A DNA stretch of 59,307 nt, from the IMG/VR virus record IMGVR_UViG_3300037722_000284, positions 1 to 59,307 of that record; one strand, written 5' to 3'. Origin of the DNA: a virus. Its lineage: Duplodnaviria; Caudoviricetes. Position 1 is the stretch's first letter. Each line of letters begins with the position of its first letter. Below are positions 38,046 to 47,271 of this stretch, in pieces. The notes beneath the pieces were generated by a model. The model made no database searches and had not been told where the DNA came from. It saw nothing but the letters and a program-made list of their open reading frames with translations. The position numbers and the translations under genes are program-made.

Positions 38046-38435
38046 TCAGTCAAATGTCAGTTGGCCCCCCTCTCGTGGCGACTCATCTCTACTCATCTCG
38101 GCGTCTATACCGACAGGGGTAGGGATTGTAGCAACTTGTTCGTCTCCGAACAAGAACCTTGCGGCAGGGAGGGGAAGAGGGAGGTAGATATCGCGGAGGA
38201 ACCAAATGAGGACACCACCGAAAGGGAGAAAAGCTGTCCCCAGGAGGCCATCGACCCAGACCCCAGTTGACACGAACTCACCGATCCTGATGCGCGGATC
38301 GAATGACAGCGCGTCGACGACGTATCGGTTGGCGCGTACCGCTATCCCCCGCAGAACCCCCAATTGCACGGGCTCGTATTCAAGGTCGCCGAGGGCACTC
38401 GAAACCAATTCGTAGAGCTTGCCTTCCGTCACCAT
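38046..38435 (-). CDS. Hypothetical protein
   Basis: ORF with AG-rich RBS. Confidence 0.55.
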   Translation of the reverse strand: MVTEGKLYELVSSALGDLEYEPVQLGVLRGIAVRANRYVVDALSFDPRIRIGEFVSTGVWVDGLLGTAFLPFGGVLIWFLRDIYLPLPLPAARFLFGDEQVATIPTPVGIDAEMSRDESPREGGQLTFD

Positions 38436-38722
38436 TTCTTCTTCTCCGTTCCTGGGTGATTGAAAGCCGCCCCGCGCCTCCATGACCATTGCCATTCTTT
38501 CACCGCGCGGGTGTGCGCATCTCGGCATCCACACTTCGCCCCGCCTTCGTCTTCAGGAAACGGGACGCCCAGCCGCCTGTGCGCGTAGTACCCGCGATCC
38601 TTCCCGTGCTCGATCGACTGGGCTTGCGGGACCGGATCGACATGGGCGCTGAAGCAATGCTCCATTGTCTCCTTCTTTGTGGCGAATTCGTCTCCACATG
38701 CCACACAGCGGTAGAGGGGCAA
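38429..38722 (-). CDS. C2H2 zinc-finger protein
   Basis: YRCVACGDEF...MEHCFSAH; later H...CGC. Confidence 0.65.
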   Translation of the reverse strand: MPLYRCVACGDEFATKKETMEHCFSAHVDPVPQAQSIEHGKDRGYYAHRRLGVPFPEDEGGAKCGCRDAHTRAVKEWQWSWRRGAAFNHPGTEKKKW

Positions 38723-38723
38723 T

Positions 38724-39065
38724 TCACTTGTCTCCCTCTAGCCCTACGCGGTTTGCCACCATCGCGACGTGTTCCGAGAAGCACTCCATTGGATTAGGGA
38801 GGTCAGTCAGGTGGACCCAAGCGGCCAGAGCGGTGAGCGCCACGTCAAGTAGCTCAGCCTCTACGTCCTGCCAATCGTGGGTGACACCTTTCCGTGGGTT
38901 CTGACCGGTCGCGCCTATCAGGGCGGCAATGGCCTCACCTGCCTCTTCTTGGATCTTGGCTACTCGACCCCACGTTTGGGCTTCCCGATCTCGGGCCATG
39001 TTGGCGGGGGCAGAGTCGATCCATTCGGATATCGCGCACAGGAGCGTGTTGGTATCCCCGTTCAT
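38724..39065 (-). CDS. MazG-like nucleotide pyrophosphohydrolase
   Basis: KIQEEAGEA...GQNPRKG...EAELLDV. Confidence 0.85.
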   Translation of the reverse strand: MNGDTNTLLCAISEWIDSAPANMARDREAQTWGRVAKIQEEAGEAIAALIGATGQNPRKGVTHDWQDVEAELLDVALTALAAWVHLTDLPNPMECFSEHVAMVANRVGLEGDK

Positions 39066-41380
39066 CGGTTTCTCCCGACCACAACCGCGCCCCGCCACTT
39101 CGGATCGTTCTCGTCCCAGACGACAGCCTCGCTCCACCATGACGGGAACAGCCGCTTCTCTTTCTGCCAGAGCTTCTGAAACTGCGAGTCCAGCACGTAG
39201 GTCACGCACCAGTCATCCTCGCTTCTCATCCCGCGCCCGGTCATCTGGCACAGCGTCCTGATGCTCTCGATCGAGTACCACGTTTGGCCTTCTCGCCCAC
39301 CCCCATGCAACCGCGCCTTGACTTGCTTATCCTGAAACGGGTAGGGAATCTTGCAGACCACGATCACGCGGCAGAGATCGTCTTTGAAGTCGACCCCCCG
39401 GTCCAAGCTCGGCGCCAGAATGACCGCGTCCTCGGTCCGCTCGTACTTCGCGATCGCGGCAGTCCTCTCCCCGGCGTTGAAGTACGTCATGACTCGACTG
39501 CCCAGCCCGTCACGGTTCAGTCCACTCAGCACCGCTTTCGTCAAGTCGTAGCTCACCGTGTGAACCAGGATCCTCTCGCCCCGGTGTTCCTCCATGATCT
39601 GACCGACCTCATCGGCCAGCTTCGGGTACGCCTCCTTCTTCGTCTTGTAGGTCACGCTCGCCACGGTGCGCGGGATGATCGGGCGCTGCGTCACCGGGAA
39701 GGAGTAGTCAACCTCGACGTGCGCCCATTCGTGGTCTTCGAGCCCGAGCATCTTGGCTGTGTGTGAGACGGACACGAAGGTCGCGGAGAAGAGGACGAAC
39801 TGGCCCCCGCGGTCCCACAAGACCTCTCGCGCTTCCTCGGTCACGTACACCGGCTTGAAGGTCGCGACCACTTTCGACTCGTCCCAGTCTTTCATCCAGT
39901 CAGGCTTCTCGACCCCATCGAGCACCCAGTTTGCAGTGACTCTCGGGACCATCTCGACTTCCCCGTCGACTTCGCGTTCGATTGGCTCGATCAGGTACTT
40001 CATCTTGGTCAGGAAAGCGCGTAGTTGCTTCTTCCTCCGGTTGACCTTCACTTCCTCGTCCCCGTACCCGAACGACTGTTGCCCGCCGAACGACCTGAGC
40101 TTCGCCTGAGTCGCGGGGATGACTTCCTCTTCGATCCAGCGGACCCAGTCGTCTTCGACGGTCTTCTTCGGCAGTCCGATCCCGAGTTCTTTCCTTCGCG
40201 ATGGCCTGATCTCGACGGACACATGGGACATCAACTGTCTCTCCAACTGATCCGCCTCGTCCAACAACACCAGCGGCCACCCGCGGAACATCGACCCGAA
40301 CCCGGCTGTCTCGGACAGGAAGTACGCAAGGTTGAGGACCGCGAGGCGCGAATCCCACGCCTGGGTCTTCGCCACCTGATACGGGCAGTTAGCGAACGGA
40401 TGGCACCACGAGCAGTGTTTGACCGAGGCTTCTTCCTCGTCGTCACCCATCGCCCCCGTCCCGAACGACGAACCTTTCCCCCAGGTTGGGCAGCCCACGC
40501 ACGCGGGCAGCCGCTTCCTCGCCATCGTGCAGTCGTCGGTGGTGAGATCCGGCCGTTCGAGGGTCTGGTAATTCGCCCGCCCTTTGATCGTTCGCGCGTA
40601 CTCACCGAAGTCGCGCAAGATCTGATCTTGGAGCGTCTTGGTCGTGCAGGTGTAAATCCCCTTGACGCCCATCAGGCGCCTCACCGATTCCGCGATCATG
40701 GTCTTGCCCGCGCCAGTCGCCGCACTCACGAACACAACCTTGACCCCGTCGCGCAAATGCTCGACCGTCTCACAGATCGCAGGCCACTGATGGTCCCTGA
40801 ATGCCTCGTACTGCTCGGGCATGGGGGGCTCGATCGGATCAGTGTCGATAGACCCAGGGTGCGGGATCGTCTCCCAGTCAAGGTCGTCGAAGTCGAGGAC
40901 GGTTGGGTCAGGGGAGGGGGTGGGTATGGGGCTAGGCGCGGGTACGGCAGCCTCCCCCTCCCCTGGTTGTCCGGCGTCCTCCTTTCGCTCGACGGTGGTG
41001 GACTTTGAAATCTCAGAGATTTGCGAATCGTTGGGGACGAACTCGAACGCGTCCTCCGGCGCCTCTTCTTCCCAGCCTGGGGGCATCCTCTTGTCCGCGT
41101 ATTCGTGCTCCCCGGCGATCGCTAGCTCCACTGCCAGCGCGTGCGAGCACTTCCGCCGTGCTCGATACTCCCCCTTCGCGTGCGTCCAGCAAGAACACAA
41201 TCTTGCAACCCCATCATCGGCCTTGACCTCGTAGTCGTCGTACTGGTCGTTGAGCTTCTCTTCCCCGTGGACGATCCAGGATCCGTCGCCGACACGGGTG
41301 ACGCGCCGCTTCTTCGCACGCGCGATCAGACTCGCGGGGACAAGTGGAGCATCAGTGGTCACAAACGATGAGCGGCTCAC
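39062..41380 (-). CDS. DinG/XPD-family SF2 helicase with N-terminal SWIM finger
   Basis: CSC...CSH SWIM; ATGAGKT, LQDQ, KGRANY, Cys cluster, DEAD, SAT, GVDF, KIPYP, QMTGRGMRS. Confidence 0.9.
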   Translation of the reverse strand: MSRSSFVTTDAPLVPASLIARAKKRRVTRVGDGSWIVHGEEKLNDQYDDYEVKADDGVARLCSCWTHAKGEYRARRKCSHALAVELAIAGEHEYADKRMPPGWEEEAPEDAFEFVPNDSQISEISKSTTVERKEDAGQPGEGEAAVPAPSPIPTPSPDPTVLDFDDLDWETIPHPGSIDTDPIEPPMPEQYEAFRDHQWPAICETVEHLRDGVKVVFVSAATGAGKTMIAESVRRLMGVKGIYTCTTKTLQDQILRDFGEYARTIKGRANYQTLERPDLTTDDCTMARKRLPACVGCPTWGKGSSFGTGAMGDDEEEASVKHCSWCHPFANCPYQVAKTQAWDSRLAVLNLAYFLSETAGFGSMFRGWPLVLLDEADQLERQLMSHVSVEIRPSRRKELGIGLPKKTVEDDWVRWIEEEVIPATQAKLRSFGGQQSFGYGDEEVKVNRRKKQLRAFLTKMKYLIEPIEREVDGEVEMVPRVTANWVLDGVEKPDWMKDWDESKVVATFKPVYVTEEAREVLWDRGGQFVLFSATFVSVSHTAKMLGLEDHEWAHVEVDYSFPVTQRPIIPRTVASVTYKTKKEAYPKLADEVGQIMEEHRGERILVHTVSYDLTKAVLSGLNRDGLGSRVMTYFNAGERTAAIAKYERTEDAVILAPSLDRGVDFKDDLCRVIVVCKIPYPFQDKQVKARLHGGGREGQTWYSIESIRTLCQMTGRGMRSEDDWCVTYVLDSQFQKLWQKEKRLFPSWWSEAVVWDENDPKWRGAVVVGRNR

Positions 41381-41820
41381 CTGACGATCCTCACTCGCTC
41401 GGTCCCGTACCCGGCGACCAATGCCCCGTAATCGTCGTCGAGCGCGTTCTGGCTCGTGTAGACCTCGAAGAGAACCCAGCGTGAGTGGGTTTGTTCGCCC
41501 CTAGGCAGGTAGTGAACTTGGATCTTCCCGAGAACAGGAGGCGCCTGGGCTTCTCGCTCTGCCCTCTCCGCGTCGTCCTGTTGCCATAGCGCCCTACTCA
41601 GGGTTTTGTATTCGTCCGAGTCGGCGTCGATCCACCTGTCCGGTGTCTCTATTCCGTGAAGCTTCTCATAGCCGTGGTTCATTGAATCCTCGGCAGATTC
41701 AACCGCCGACTCGACATCGCGGAACATGGTGATCTGAAGGTTCCCGTACACCCAAGCCCATTTCAGGATCGGCCAGTCAGGAGTAGGAACAGACGACTCA
41801 GTGGTAGAAGACGAGGGCAT
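41377..41820 (-). CDS. Hypothetical protein
   Basis: GTGA-coupled to helicase; promoter-like element upstream. Confidence 0.65.
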   Translation of the reverse strand: MPSSSTTESSVPTPDWPILKWAWVYGNLQITMFRDVESAVESAEDSMNHGYEKLHGIETPDRWIDADSDEYKTLSRALWQQDDAERAEREAQAPPVLGKIQVHYLPRGEQTHSRWVLFEVYTSQNALDDDYGALVAGYGTERVRIVR

Positions 41821-41852
41821 GGACAGAACCCTTTACGTGGACAACAGGATCA

Positions 41853-41874
41853 AGGTTAGCAGAAACGAGTAGAG
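41853..41874 (-). promoter_or_regulatory. Promoter with CTCTACTCG element
   Basis: Minus strand CTCTACTCG-N7-TAACCT. Confidence 0.55.
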
Positions 41875-41887
41875 AGGGCGAATGACC

Positions 41888-42094
41888 TCATCCCTCCGCC
41901 TCCACGACACCGAAGCCACCGCACTCGGGACACTGGCGGTACATGGCGTAAAGCTCGTTCCCGGTTCCGTGACACCGGCCACACAAAGCCAAGCGGGGGT
42001 CATCTGCAACTATCCCCAGATTCTCGACTCGTCGCGCCTCGTCGCCTGCGATCCCTGCGTGACCCGAGATTCCCTTCGTGCTCCAACTTTCCAT
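41888..42094 (-). CDS. DnaJ-type CxxCxGxG zinc-finger miniprotein
   Basis: CGRCHGTG...CPECGGFG. Confidence 0.65.
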   Translation of the reverse strand: MESWSTKGISGHAGIAGDEARRVENLGIVADDPRLALCGRCHGTGNELYAMYRQCPECGGFGVVEAEG

Positions 42095-42096
42095 CT

Positions 42097-42783
42097 CTAC
42101 CTCCCCGACCCGATCGAGCGCACCTTCCCACCACTCCGGTTCGCCATCTCAGAGTCCCACTTCTGGTCGAACCGGTTCAGCATGTCCTCGAACGCAGGCC
42201 GATGTGCCTCCGGGATCACGCTCGCCCGGTCCCGTCTCGAATCCAGATACGGTTTGATGAACGCGTAGTCCTGGCGAGCGAACGCGTCCTCCAGGTTCTT
42301 TCTCACCACCGCGATGTACCCCTCCGCGTCGGCCTTCTTCTGGGCGATCATCTCTTCGTCCGCGATCATCATTTGGAGATCAATCTCACTCTTCAGATCC
42401 CCGTCGTCGATCCAGAGAGCCAACTGCCGACTGAAATGAAAGGTCGCGTTCCTGATCGCATCGTTGATCGTCCTCAACTCCGGGATCTGCCCCGACTTGC
42501 AGATCCTCGACAACTGTCCCACGAGGTTCTTCGGGAGCGTAACCCGCACCTGTGACGAATGGCCCCTCTTGTCTTCCGAATACGTGAAGAACTTCTTGAC
42601 CATGTAGAAGTCGTCGTCCTCGGCGGTCGTCTCGAACGAGCTTGCTGGGGCGTCCTGGCGACTCAGGTACTCCCTCAGCGCGTTCGTGACCAACGAACTC
42701 ACCGACATGCCCTGTTTGCTCGCCTCGTCCGTGATCTGCTCGTAGAACTCGTCGGTCGTTGACCATGATCTCGGACGGCGCAT
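42097..42783 (-). CDS. Ribbon-helix-helix DNA-binding protein, possibly two RHH units
   Basis: RSWSTTDEFYEQI..EA.KQGMSVSSLV..ALREYL; second unit QVRVTLPKNLV..L...RTINDAIRNA. Confidence 0.7.
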   Translation of the reverse strand: MRRPRSWSTTDEFYEQITDEASKQGMSVSSLVTNALREYLSRQDAPASSFETTAEDDDFYMVKKFFTYSEDKRGHSSQVRVTLPKNLVGQLSRICKSGQIPELRTINDAIRNATFHFSRQLALWIDDGDLKSEIDLQMMIADEEMIAQKKADAEGYIAVVRKNLEDAFARQDYAFIKPYLDSRRDRASVIPEAHRPAFEDMLNRFDQKWDSEMANRSGGKVRSIGSGR

Positions 42784-42859
42784 GGGGGATCCTCTTTCGT
42801 GGACGGGGGAGTCAATGTAACAGGGTGAGCACTCGGTCCGCGGTCATCCGAGCCCGTTC

Positions 42860-43330
42860 CCGTGTTCTTTGAGTCCCGTTCAAATCTCTACCCCAGTCCA
42901 CGAGAACGCGAAATCGAAACGAACACGCCCTCGACGCCCTGTCGTAAGGCCCAAAATGAGAATCATTCCCGTGAAACCTCCGTGAAACATCGAAATCTCT
43001 ACTCCAGTCGTGGATTTCCCTACTCCCCTAGTGAAATCCCTCTACCTGACTACACTCTACTCGTGTAGTTATTAAGATCCCCTTGCGCGAATACCACCCC
43101 GTGCGCGTATTTCGGCCCCCTTTGCGCGTTTTCGACCACCGAGAGTGAGATCGTACTGTAGTCGATTCAGTTGACCGCTCAATCTTATTAAGGTTGAGCA
43201 GTCAATCTTATTAACACATATGCTCTGACCAGGGCTTTCATAATATCATGTCTACATGACAGCGCTCAAAAGTCGTGGCTAGATACATATATATAATAGG
43301 GGGGTCAAGTTGCGGGTTCTCTCTACACGA
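42860..43330. other. AT-rich intergenic region with direct and inverted repeats; candidate replication origin / control region
   Basis: AAATCTCTAC[C/T]CCAGTC x2, CCGTGAAAC x2, CCC-x-TGCGCG x3, 35-bp imperfect palindrome 43171-43205, ATATATATAAT. Confidence 0.5.
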
Positions 43331-43343
43331 GTAAACTGGCCCC

Positions 43344-43604
43344 ATGAGCTACTACCGTGGGTTCGGGAAGGTCCGCAGGCTGAAATCGAAGCGAGCGTGC
43401 ACGACATGTTCACGCGCCGACGACTATCGTGGGAAACTCGAAGCCGTCTGGGAGGTTGAACTGGTCACTCAGCCGACCAACCCGGCTTCAGGCACGATCG
43501 TCCGCTCGTGGTGCGATGTCCATTTCAAATGGTGGCGCGACTACGACCAGGAGCGAAAACGGGAAGCGATCGGAGTGATCGAGCAGGCTGAGATCGCGGT
43601 TTGA
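43344..43604 (+). CDS. Hypothetical Zn-binding protein (isolated rightward gene)
   Basis: TAAACT-N6-ATG leaderless start; CTTC and CDVH. Confidence 0.65.
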   Translation: MSYYRGFGKVRRLKSKRACTTCSRADDYRGKLEAVWEVELVTQPTNPASGTIVRSWCDVHFKWWRDYDQERKREAIGVIEQAEIAV

Positions 43605-43890
43605 AAATCGGCCCGGAAATTCGCCCGGATATTGCCCCGGATATTGGAGCGGGTATTGGAACGGGGTCAGAGGGCCGAGCCGCGCCGACAGCCCGCACCC
43701 CCGCGCCGCCAATCTCGCCGCCAACCTCGCCGGGGTCGGGGCCAACTCGACGGATAGGGACCAGACTCGCCGGGGTCAGCACGTAGGTTTCTGCCAGTCG
43801 GATTCCGACAGTACCGCAAGGCTGGCATTGGATCGACTCAACTTCGCGGACAGTCAGGATATGGGTCGCCACGGCGCTTGCATCTCGCAC
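43525..43890 (-). CDS. Possible hypothetical protein with low-complexity tail
   Basis: Starts 3 nt after the DUF3039-like gene; CQPC; overlaps the convergent gene. Confidence 0.35.
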   Translation of the reverse strand: MRDASAVATHILTVREVESIQCQPCGTVGIRLAETYVLTPASLVPIRRVGPDPGEVGGEIGGAGVRAVGAARPSDPVPIPAPISGAISGRISGPIFKPRSQPARSLRSLPVFAPGRSRATI

Positions 43891-43893
43891 ACT

Positions 43894-44172
43894 TCACGAC
43901 TGACTCCCCATCATCCGGTCTCGGATCTTCCGGCAGTCGTGACACAAGGGGAACCGCGATCCGTCCCTGCTCGGGATCCAGACCTTCCCGCATAGCGCGA
44001 CGACTGGGATCCCGAGGATCATGGCGCGGGTGACGATCGCCCCGGCTTCCCTCCGGTTCGGCGAGTAAACGATATGGGCGAACCGATCGTGGTCGCCGGT
44101 CGCGGTGTCGACCTCGACGGGCGCGACGTTGGGCTCAACCTCGACCTCGGGCTCAACCTCGACCTCGCTCAC
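43894..44172 (-). CDS. DUF3039-like protein
   Basis: GDHDRFAHIV...GIPVVALCGKVWIPSRD..FPLC..C. Confidence 0.85.
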   Translation of the reverse strand: MSEVEVEPEVEVEPNVAPVEVDTATGDHDRFAHIVYSPNRREAGAIVTRAMILGIPVVALCGKVWIPSRDGSRFPLCHDCRKIRDRMMGSQS

Positions 44173-44447
44173 CAGGCACCTTCTCTCATTGCCTTGATTC
44201 CCTCCGTGAGACTCATCGGTTCACTGACAGGCTCGTGGTCGATCGTTCGGCAGATCGCCACCAAGGGACCACTGACGCGCAGTAGGGCGACCTCGGGGAT
44301 ATCGCGCCGGTCAGGGTGCGCCCCGTTGAATAGATTGCGCGACGAAGGGGGAACGGTAATCAACCGCCCCCCCGATGCCTCGCCCCATAGTCGTGACGCT
44401 TCGCGCACCAGATCCGGGTCGTGTTGAGTCCGTCGCTTGTCGACCAA
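44169..44447 (-). CDS. Hypothetical protein
   Basis: GTGA-coupled ORF. Confidence 0.5.
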   Translation of the reverse strand: MVDKRRTQHDPDLVREASRLWGEASGGRLITVPPSSRNLFNGAHPDRRDIPEVALLRVSGPLVAICRTIDHEPVSEPMSLTEGIKAMREGAW

Positions 44448-44457
44448 TCGACCTCCC

Positions 44458-44709
44458 CTAGATCCGCTTGAACTTTTTGTACCAACTCAGCACCCGCGAG
44501 TAGATCCAGACCGGGTACCTCCCCGGAATGACTGGCGGCGGCATTGGTGGATCGATCGACCCTGCCTTCGTGCGCTTCCACCAGTCATACGGGGTCCGTT
44601 CCCCGATCAGATCTTCGCCGACAAGGTTCAGGTCGCGGTTGATCCGCACCGCTAGCTCATTCAGCCGCGCGTAGATCGCTTCGTTGGTCGATCCCTTCGG
44701 TTTCGCCAT
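44458..44709 (-). CDS. Small basic DNA-binding protein (excisionase/AlpA-like)
   Basis: ERTPYDWWKR...MPPP...PVW...VLSW pattern. Confidence 0.55.
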   Translation of the reverse strand: MAKPKGSTNEAIYARLNELAVRINRDLNLVGEDLIGERTPYDWWKRTKAGSIDPPMPPPVIPGRYPVWIYSRVLSWYKKFKRI

Positions 44710-44719
44710 GTTCCCTTCC

Positions 44720-45271
44720 TCACTTGATCGAATCGAGTACGTACGCGGTGACCGCGACGATATGTTTGCAAACGCTTGTCGGGCTCCCCCGATGCCCCCA
44801 CCATGAGCACTCGCAGGACAAGGGGAGAATCGAGACTCGATAGTCTCGCCCTTCCCCTGGCACCGCGAACGTCAGATCGGTTGCGCTCGGGACTACCGAA
44901 GGCGCCAACTCGGCACCGCGTGCAGCTATCTCTCGACTCGATTCGATTGACTCGATTACTGGCACCAGGGAATGATACCTAATCGAATCGGGAATGGGGA
45001 CCCGAAGTAGCTCCCCGGATTGGGCGCTCAGTGGGTCGCTAACGGACTCGGGGGTCGACGCGGCTTCGTGGTGGGGGTCCGCGGCCTCGGGAGTGTCAGC
45101 GGCCTCGTGCGCGTCCCCTGGCCGTGCTCGGATCGTCCTGGCCGCGACGATCCCGACTCTCACGGTCGCGTAGATGATCCAGACCATGATCAGCGCGAAG
45201 ACGACGATCGCGGCCTTCATGTACGCGTACATGTTGGTTGAGGGGAGTGGCGACGCGGATAGCGCGATCAC
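44720..45271 (-). CDS. Membrane-anchored SWIM zinc-finger protein
   Basis: TM AAIVVFALIMVWIIYA; YRV...SCECSWW...CKHIVAV; start could be 45232. Confidence 0.7.
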   Translation of the reverse strand: MIALSASPLPSTNMYAYMKAAIVVFALIMVWIIYATVRVGIVAARTIRARPGDAHEAADTPEAADPHHEAASTPESVSDPLSAQSGELLRVPIPDSIRYHSLVPVIESIESSREIAARGAELAPSVVPSATDLTFAVPGEGRDYRVSILPLSCECSWWGHRGSPTSVCKHIVAVTAYVLDSIK

Positions 45272-45279
45272 TCCCCCGG

Positions 45280-45612
45280 TCAGTATCGGCACGTTTCGCC
45301 GTACGGCTTCGTCGCGTCGCTCAACTTCTCCCCAACCTCGCCCAACCCGCGATCCCAGTACCCCGCGCCGTGGTAATTCCGCGTTAGGTAGAAGTCGTGA
45401 CCCGCGGACTCGGGAGTGAGATCGGACCGCGTGAGTAACTCCCGGTTCGCTTCCACGAAGTCGCGACAGTCCGCTTCCCCTTCCGCGAGATATCCCGCGG
45501 ACGGTTCGATCTCGGATTCGGGAGTGTCGGATCCGATAACCCAGTCTTCGCACTCCCAGTAGCCAGCAACGAAACGGGCGAGATAGTCGTCGGTAGCCAC
45601 GATCACCACCAA
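45280..45612 (-). CDS. Hypothetical phage protein (acidic)
   Basis: AGHDFYLTRNYHGAGYWDRG pattern. Confidence 0.7.
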   Translation of the reverse strand: MVVIVATDDYLARFVAGYWECEDWVIGSDTPESEIEPSAGYLAEGEADCRDFVEANRELLTRSDLTPESAGHDFYLTRNYHGAGYWDRGLGEVGEKLSDATKPYGETCRY

Positions 45613-46292
45613 CCTTCCGTCCGCGGACTCGCCAACTCGCTCACGCGGTCTTCGTCATATCTCTCGATCGCCTGATCCGCGAGGTACGTGCCCCATTCCT
45701 CGCCCCCGTAGTACGCGACTTGATCGTCTAGCCACGCGGCCAACACGATCAATCCCTTCGCGTTCCAGCGCGCGACCTTCTCGGCACTCACTTGCACGTA
45801 CCCGCCCGATCGCCCGCACGAGAACACACTGCCCTCGTGGTCGATCCCCAGGTCCGCGCAGATCGCTTCCAAGGGATCGTTCCACCATTGCTCGCGTTCC
45901 CAATCGTCGTCACGTTGCGCAATCTCGCGAACCTCATCGGTGTCCATGAGCCCGCCGCGTAGTCGATCCTCGGTGTCGATCCGATGATTCAGTGCTCGGT
46001 ATGCGCCGGACCCGCGAACCTTCACGCTGTAGTGGAACATTCCTCGATCGTGGTAGCACCGCTCCCAACCGACTGACTCGATCGCTTCACGGATCCTCGA
46101 CCGCGCGGACACTTCACTCTCATTGTCCAGATCCCACGCGACATCAGGGTCCAGATCCCACCACGTAGACCCGCCCTCGGGCTCGGATTCCAGCATGAGT
46201 AGGTCCGCGATCGCGCCCTTGTGCCGGTCAGTCAGATCCACGTACTCGGCTTCCCCGGTCAGGGATTGAATGAATTCGCTCGTGGTCGTCAT
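45603..46292 (-). CDS. Acidic hypothetical protein
   Basis: ATGA-coupled; GRSGGY. Confidence 0.7.
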   Translation of the reverse strand: MTTTSEFIQSLTGEAEYVDLTDRHKGAIADLLMLESEPEGGSTWWDLDPDVAWDLDNESEVSARSRIREAIESVGWERCYHDRGMFHYSVKVRGSGAYRALNHRIDTEDRLRGGLMDTDEVREIAQRDDDWEREQWWNDPLEAICADLGIDHEGSVFSCGRSGGYVQVSAEKVARWNAKGLIVLAAWLDDQVAYYGGEEWGTYLADQAIERYDEDRVSELASPRTEGWW

Positions 46293-47104
46293 TCGGACAC
46301 CTTCCTCGCCTCGCGCGCGTCCTTCGCGGCTCGGACCTTTGCGCCCAAGTTCGCGTAATCGAAGATCCAACTCGCGTCGCCAGTGAACTCAATCGACTCA
46401 ATCTCGGAATCGGTCAGATCGACCAACTCGTTCGCGATCGCCTCAACCATGTAGTCGTCGCCGATGAACCCGCCGCACGAGTCAACGTGGTCCCAGTCGT
46501 CAAGCTCGCTGTCAACGTGGTCCCAGTCGTCAAGCTCGCTACCACAACTCGCGCACTCACTCGGGCCGGATCGGACTTCGATCGCGTAGTAGTAGCACGC
46601 GCCGTTTGACCAATCGGTGTAGACCTCGCAGATCGTGTTGAGAATGTCGGCTTTCTCGGGCTCGGACAGATCGGCCCACCACGCGCGCTCTGAATCTTCA
46701 CCCTGCCAGACGATCGCGCCCGCGGTCCGAACTGAATCCCAAGGTCCGAACGATCCGGTTCCCCCGTCAGCTACCCACCAACGCGACTGGCCGTGCTCAC
46801 CGTATGACAGAATCGCGAGAACGTCAGGATCGCGGACGTATTCGTGCGCAGGGACTTCGTAGATGTCCGCATCATCTAGACCATGCGGACCTTGCTCACA
46901 CCCGATGGCGTACCCATCTTCGTCCTCGCCCTCCCACTGGCACGCGAGAACCGTGTAGGGATCCTCGAAACCCTTGTGCCGATCGTTGAACGAAACGATC
47001 CGTCCGATCCCGTATTCGTTCGGTGATTCGCAGTCCTGATCGTATTCGATTGTGACGCGGAACTGCCGCGTGCTCGTGCTCATGTCGGTCATCTCGCTCA
47101 TCAT
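46289..47104 (-). CDS. Highly acidic hypothetical protein
   Basis: ATGA-coupled; YTDWSNG..Y, DSCGGFIG. Confidence 0.75.
   Translation of the reverse strand: MMSEMTDMSTSTRQFRVTIEYDQDCESPNEYGIGRIVSFNDRHKGFEDPYTVLACQWEGEDEDGYAIGCEQGPHGLDDADIYEVPAHEYVRDPDVLAILSYGEHGQSRWWVADGGTGSFGPWDSVRTAGAIVWQGEDSERAWWADLSEPEKADILNTICEVYTDWSNGACYYYAIEVRSGPSECASCGSELDDWDHVDSELDDWDHVDSCGGFIGDDYMVEAIANELVDLTDSEIESIEFTGDASWIFDYANLGAKVRAAKDAREARKVSE
46481..46540. repeat. Perfect 30-bp tandem duplication (SELDDWDHVD x2)
   Basis: GTCAACGTGGTCCCAGTCGTCAAGCTCGCT x2. Confidence 0.95.
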
Positions 47105-47271
47105 TCGCTCCCCTTCAACGGAATCGGCTTCACTTCCCAGTAGTCGATATCGACCAACCATTCGCTCGCGAGATCGTGGACGTACGCGGCGAGAGATTCG
47201 GCCGTGTCGCCGTCTTCGGGTATGACCTCAACGATGAAACTCACTTCGTACTCGTGTGGAACTTGCATCAT
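47101..47271 (-). CDS. Small acidic hypothetical protein
   Basis: ATGA-coupled on both sides. Confidence 0.6.
   Translation of the reverse strand: MMQVPHEYEVSFIVEVIPEDGDTAESLAAYVHDLASEWLVDIDYWEVKPIPLKGSE

Noticed and set aside
43171-43205. Protelomerase target of a linear phage-plasmid
   Set aside because: No protelomerase, tyrosine recombinase or partition genes recognised
43606-43735. 12-bp degenerate repeats (CCCGGATATTG-like) as operators
   Set aside because: Consistent with a low-complexity coding tail (ISGA ISGR ISGP) at a convergent junction; no further support
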